From Methanothrix sp. (GTDB lineage: Archaea; Halobacteriota; Methanosarcinia; Methanotrichales; Methanotrichaceae): a stretch of 31,387 nt of DNA. Positions 27,954-31,387 of the stretch are shown piece by piece. The stretch lies in contig JBAXWY010000031.1 of assembly GCA_037128175.1 (NCBI GenBank), positions 1 to 31,387 of the forward strand, in the 5' to 3' direction. A program made the position numbers and the translations under genes. The notes beneath the pieces are model-generated. The model worked only from the letters and a program-made list of their open reading frames with translations, had not been told where the DNA came from and searched no databases. The number at the start of each line of letters is the position of its first letter. Position 1 is the stretch's first letter.

Positions 27954-28154
27954 ATGGCGGACTTGCTCTATTTGGCTCTCGTGTTCTTTGTAATAGCTCT
28001 GATACTTGGAATATTGGGCGTACGTGGTGTCGGCATATCGATGGAAATCGCTAAATGGCTGATAATCGTATTCATCATCCTGGCGTTATTGTCGCTCGTA
28101 TTTGGCGGCTCATTCCACTTGGCGGTATTACAGCTTGCACAGCTTGGAATTTAG
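27954..28154 (+). CDS. DUF1328 (UPF0391/YtjA-like) small membrane protein
   Basis: [45 protein letters not shown]; GGAGGTGA RBS. Confidence 0.88.
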   Translation: MADLLYLALVFFVIALILGILGVRGVGISMEIAKWLIIVFIILALLSLVFGGSFHLAVLQLAQLGI

Positions 28155-28409
28155 GATGGTTGGGGCGCGGGGGCAGAGAAACCCCTCGGTTTTAACCATG
28201 GGATGAATCGATCCTGCCTATACATCTCAAATGTGCTCGGGATGCGGTTCAATCGTAAAGAAGGATCTCTCGGAAAGTGTCCATAATTGTCCTAGATGTG
28301 GGTTGGTCATGGATCGAGATCTCAACGCTTCAAAAAATATTCTCCGACTGGGACTACAGTCTGCGGCGAAAGCCTAGATGCCCACGAATTTATTCGTGGG
28401 AGTGGTCAC
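28155..28409 (+). mobile_element. 255-bp internally deleted IS605-type element retaining only the tnpB 3' end
   Basis: Left-end hairpin near CCCCTCGGTTTTAACCATGGG, then IDPAYTSQMCSGCG...CPRCGLVMDRDLNASKNILRLG, right-end hairpin CCCACGAAT-TT-ATTCGTGGG and GGTCAC. The paralogous site at ~29262 (GAATCTAG|GATTTGC) is empty. Confidence 0.9.
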
Positions 28410-28501
28410 GATTGCATTACTTGCGTATTACTTGCTCCTGAACACACATTATGGATAATGCTTAGGGGCAACATACCTTATTCATAAAGAAAAGATATTG
28501 A

Positions 28502-28657
28502 TTACTCCTCTATCTTCACATTGTGTTTCTCAAAGAATTCTTTTAAGGCCTCTTCGATCACGAGGCTTTGCGCCCGCAAGCTGCTTTTGGACTGTACAGT
28601 GTAAACCTTCAGCGTTTTGGACACAGATTCGGATAATGTCAATGTGGTTTTTTGCAT
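28502..28657 (-). CDS. Small ribbon-helix-helix-like protein (copy 3)
   Basis: 51 aa MQKTTLTLSESVSKTLKVYTVQSKSSLRAQSLVIEEALKEFFEKHNVKIEE. Confidence 0.85.
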   Translation of the reverse strand: MQKTTLTLSESVSKTLKVYTVQSKSSLRAQSLVIEEALKEFFEKHNVKIEE

Positions 28658-28682
28658 GGCTCTCTATAATAGAGCTTCGTGC

Positions 28683-28736
28683 TTATATATCTTATGTATC
28701 TGAAAATTTAGGTACCAAAATCTTTTTATGCAATAG
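28683..28736. promoter_or_regulatory. Back-to-back promoter cassette
   Basis: TTATATATCTTATGTATCTGAAAATTTAGGTACCAAAATCTTTTTATGCAAT. Confidence 0.75.
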
Positions 28737-28777
28737 CCGCCTACTATGTTTAGATTACTAAAAGGTGGAATTAAAGA

Positions 28778-29041
28778 ATGGCAAATAAAAATGTCGAGAC
28801 GATGAAGGCTGATGCCAAGAAGGCATTCTCTGATTTAGAGAATATTGTGTCTCATGCAAAAGCTGAGGTAGAGGCTGATGTGGAGAAGGTGAAGGCCAAA
28901 TTTGGTAATGATGATGAGCTAGGTAAGAAGGCAGCTTATGCAAAGGCTGACATAAAGGCTGATGCAGAGAAGGCGAAGGCTGATTTAGATCATAAGCTGG
29001 CTCATGAAAGAGCAGATGCAGAGAAGGCGAAGGTTACATAG
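28778..29041 (+). CDS. LEA-like Ala-Lys repeat protein (paralogue of 27616-27906)
   Basis: Shared AYAKADIKAxAEKAKAD repeats. Confidence 0.75.
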   Translation: MANKNVETMKADAKKAFSDLENIVSHAKAEVEADVEKVKAKFGNDDELGKKAAYAKADIKADAEKAKADLDHKLAHERADAEKAKVT

Positions 29042-29077
29042 AAAAATAGGAAGGCTGATATAGCGAGGTGTACAAAA

Positions 29078-29263
29078 ATGGCAGACTTACTTTATTTGGG
29101 GATAGTGTTCTTTGTAATAGCTCTGATACTTGGAATATTGGGGGTACGTGGTGCCGGCATATCGATGGATATTGCCAAATGGCTAATAATAGTATTCATC
29201 ATCCTGGCGGTACTATCGATTTTGTTTGGCGGCTCAATCAACTTGGCGATATTACAGCTTTGA
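29078..29263 (+). CDS. DUF1328 small membrane protein (paralogue)
   Basis: [36 protein letters not shown]; GAGGTG RBS. Confidence 0.88.
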   Translation: MADLLYLGIVFFVIALILGILGVRGAGISMDIAKWLIIVFIILAVLSILFGGSINLAILQL

Positions 29264-29304
29264 ATCTAGGATTTGCATATTCACATGAGAAAAGAGGTTT
29301 TGAT

Positions 29305-29631
29305 ATGAAGAAGATATTAGTAGCCGTGCTTATTGCCACAATGATGCTTATGGCCCTAAGTGCAGCAGCGGAAGAAACCAAATCTACTACAACTATTACG
29401 AGCACCACTCCCAGCCCTGATGTCACTAAATCAACTACAACTACGACTAGCTCGGGTCACGGCCCTGATGCTACCAAATCAACTACAACTACGACCAGCT
29501 CGACTCCTGCTACCGAGCCTACAAGCACGACCAAATCAACGACTACGACTACAACTCCAGGCTTCGAGGCAATATTTGCCGTAGCCGGGCTCCTGGCGGT
29601 GACCTTTGTAGCTTTGAGGAGAAGAAGCTGA
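29305..29631 (+). CDS. Thr/Ser-rich PGF-CTERM surface protein
   Basis: Signal peptide MKKILVAVLIATMMLMALSAAA, repeated TKSTTTTT, C-terminal TPGFEAIFAVAGLLAVTFVALRRRS (archaeosortase A signal). Confidence 0.9.
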   Translation: MKKILVAVLIATMMLMALSAAAEETKSTTTITSTTPSPDVTKSTTTTTSSGHGPDATKSTTTTTSSTPATEPTSTTKSTTTTTTPGFEAIFAVAGLLAVTFVALRRRS

Positions 29632-29746
29632 TTATGTTAAAAAAGCTTATAAAAATATTGTTCATGCTGGGGACTGTAATCCCCATCGCCTTGGTACTGG
29701 CGAGAAAGATCCACAATGCGATGAAAAAGACCTAAATTCCATAGAG

Positions 29747-30076
29747 GTGATCATTTTGAAGAAAGAAGAATTTATGCGGCTGATAGAGGGTTGCAAGCTT
29801 CCCGAGATGTTTGATCAAAGTCTTTTGGATAACGCTTCGGTGATGTTCGGCAAATGGGGTATGAGCACAGAAATGAACGAGAAGGAGCACCTTTTTAAGA
29901 GTTCTGGATTGGCTCCTAAATCCGAAGATAGCGATGCTTTCAAGAAGGAAAAAGAGGCACTGCGTTGTGTGTGCGAGAAGATGATGAACTCTCAACTGAA
30001 TAGGAAAGACGCAGTAGTGATCATCAAGAATTTCAATAATATCAAAGGTCCAAAATTTGATTGGGTTGAAGGATAG
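29747..30076 (+). CDS. Hypothetical protein
   Basis: 109 aa with a GAGGTGA RBS-like site; the true start may be TTG at 29756. Confidence 0.7.
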   Translation: MIILKKEEFMRLIEGCKLPEMFDQSLLDNASVMFGKWGMSTEMNEKEHLFKSSGLAPKSEDSDAFKKEKEALRCVCEKMMNSQLNRKDAVVIIKNFNNIKGPKFDWVEG

Positions 30077-30145
30077 ATTCGCACCAAAAATTATATTCAT
30101 TACCCAGACCGAGCGCCTTGAATGCAAGGTCCTCGGCCAGGCCCA

Positions 30146-30340
30146 TTTTTTTGCCGCCGGTTCGGCTAAGTTCAATGCAGTCTTTAGATATGCATTTATT
30201 TTATAGAATTTTATATGTGCATAGATTTTAGTATTTTAATATCTTAGTACCAAAAGCTTTTTATTCAATGGTATCTTATTAGAATTAGAATCGCTAACTG
30301 TGGATTCAGAAAATGATCGAGATGCTGAAATAAACAATTA
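30146..30340 (+). repeat. Duplicated promoter block (copy A) with a collapsed LEA-like gene
   Basis: TTTTTTGCCGCCGGTTCGG...TATATGTGCATAG...TACCAAAAGCTTTTTATTCAATGG...TTAGAATTAGAATC...TGGATTCA is repeated at 30819-30965. Confidence 0.8.
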
Positions 30341-30423
30341 AAGGCTAAATTGAAACGCGAGAAAACATTCTCCATGTCAATCATTTGTTAAAACCCGTAT
30401 TAGTAATAATAGGTTGAGGATAT

Positions 30424-30813
30424 ATGGTACTTTGTGGATATTGTCAGAAAAATGTAACGCCCAAGATGTATTTAACCAGGAAGGGATTTATTTGCAGTTT
30501 AGGCATCTCCTATTTGATATACCTAATGATAAAAATTCCACAATGCCCAAACTGCAATTTTCCTCTGCCCCGGAGAAGCATGGTTTTTGCCGTCCCATCG
30601 CAGCTTATCAAATTGGCAAGGATGAATGTATTACAACTGATCCATTTTAGGGATCGAGTAATATTCGCCTCTCGAAGGTCATATCTTAATCGCAAATTCG
30701 ATCCATTCCAGCATTTCGGAAGTACGAACACACACCAAAAAACAGCTTTCAATTTGATGACTAACGAAGTTCATAGCTCGGTTGGTTTAGATGGTTACGG
30801 GTTTCTGAAGTAA
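30424..30813 (+). CDS. LITAF-like zinc-ribbon membrane-associated protein
   Basis: CGYC, hydrophobic segment, CPNC; GGTTGAGG RBS. Confidence 0.6.
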   Translation: MVLCGYCQKNVTPKMYLTRKGFICSLGISYLIYLMIKIPQCPNCNFPLPRRSMVFAVPSQLIKLARMNVLQLIHFRDRVIFASRRSYLNRKFDPFQHFGSTNTHQKTAFNLMTNEVHSSVGLDGYGFLK

Positions 30814-30818
30814 TATCA

Positions 30819-30965
30819 ATTTTTTGCCGTCGGTTCGGATGCACTTTAATTTACTGAATTTATATGTGCATAGCTTATGGCATTTTAATATTTTGATACC
30901 AAAAGCTTTTTATTCAATGGCATTCTATTAGAATTAGAATCACAAACGTTGGATTCAAAAAATGA
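30819..30965 (+). repeat. Duplicated promoter block (copy B)
   Basis: Near-identical core to 30146-30315. Confidence 0.8.
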
Positions 30966-31082
30966 TAGATGATAATGTAGATACGACGGCTGATGTCAAG
31001 AAGACTAAGGCTCATGTAGGGAAAAAGATGGGACAGGCAAAAACGTCTCATAGGAAATAAGACGGCTGAAGATCTGAAATAA
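30962..31082 (+). pseudogene. Degenerate LEA-like paralogue
   Basis: MIDDNVDTTADVKKTKAHVGKKMGQAK, then a shifted frame IGNKTAEDLK* matching IGKKMNDALK* of 27616-27906. Confidence 0.65.
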
Positions 31083-31227
31083 ACAATACATAAAGAGATC
31101 AGGCAGATTTGAGATGGGATTCAAGAAACTCTTGACATCCTTATCGCTATTTGCCTATCCCTCCTCTTAAAACTATGAGTTAATTAGGAAATCAAAGAAT
31201 CTGATTAGAGAAATAGTAGGTGTTAAT

Positions 31228-31387
31228 ATGAAATGTAGCAAAATTTTACTGTTTATGACGGCGCTTTTATGCCTTACGTTTCAGGCTTGCGCAGTATTGG
31301 ATAGTCCAGGCAACTTGGCTCCGGGCAACATGACTCCAGGAAACATAACTCCAGGAAACATAACTCCAGGAAACATAACTCCAGGAA
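31228..31387 (+). CDS. N-terminus of a secreted protein with PGN(I/M)T pentapeptide repeats (runs off window)
   Basis: MKCSKILLFMTALLCLTFQACAVLDSPGNLAPGNMTPGNITPGNITPGNITPG; AGGTG RBS. Confidence 0.8.
   Translation, partial: MKCSKILLFMTALLCLTFQACAVLDSPGNLAPGNMTPGNITPGNITPGNITPG
31306..31387 (+). repeat. 15-bp tandem repeat CCAGGAAACATAACT
   Basis: Two degenerate and three exact units plus a partial unit at the window end. Confidence 0.92.

Noticed and set aside
29068-29304. N-terminal extension of the PGF-CTERM ORF
   Set aside because: Overlaps DUF1328 in another frame; the signal peptide and RBS support a start at 29305.

Overview
Archaeal window, most likely from a Methanothrix-like methanogen. 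This is inferred from BRE/TATA-type promoters, a PGF-CTERM protein and gene families typical of that group. Intact genes include an MNT antitoxin, an acyl-CoA synthetase, a CxxC-x17-CxxC protein, a 2922-aa cyclic beta-1,2-glucan synthase (Cgs/NdvB-type), an alpha/beta hydrolase, a thioredoxin, DUF72, a wHTH regulator, a PLD + PAP2 pair, an AI-2E transporter, LEA-like and DUF1328 small proteins, and surface glycoproteins. IS200/IS605 elements are abundant: two tnpB-only elements, one frameshifted tnpA element, and at least four tiny non-coding derivatives. They interrupt a HepT toxin gene and a TPR gene. The most notable unannotated structure is a repeated bidirectional module below the ORF-track cutoff: a 51-aa ribbon-helix-helix-like gene back-to-back with a conserved GTACCAAAA-TATA promoter. 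There are 3 intact copies, 1 stub and 2 promoter-only copies. Their outward promoters face LEA-like/DUF1328 genes, the glucan synthase and, in one case, an orphan TnpB omegaRNA-like segment. Scattered fragments of a PolB2-type cassette are also present. No CRISPR array, tRNA or rRNA was seen.
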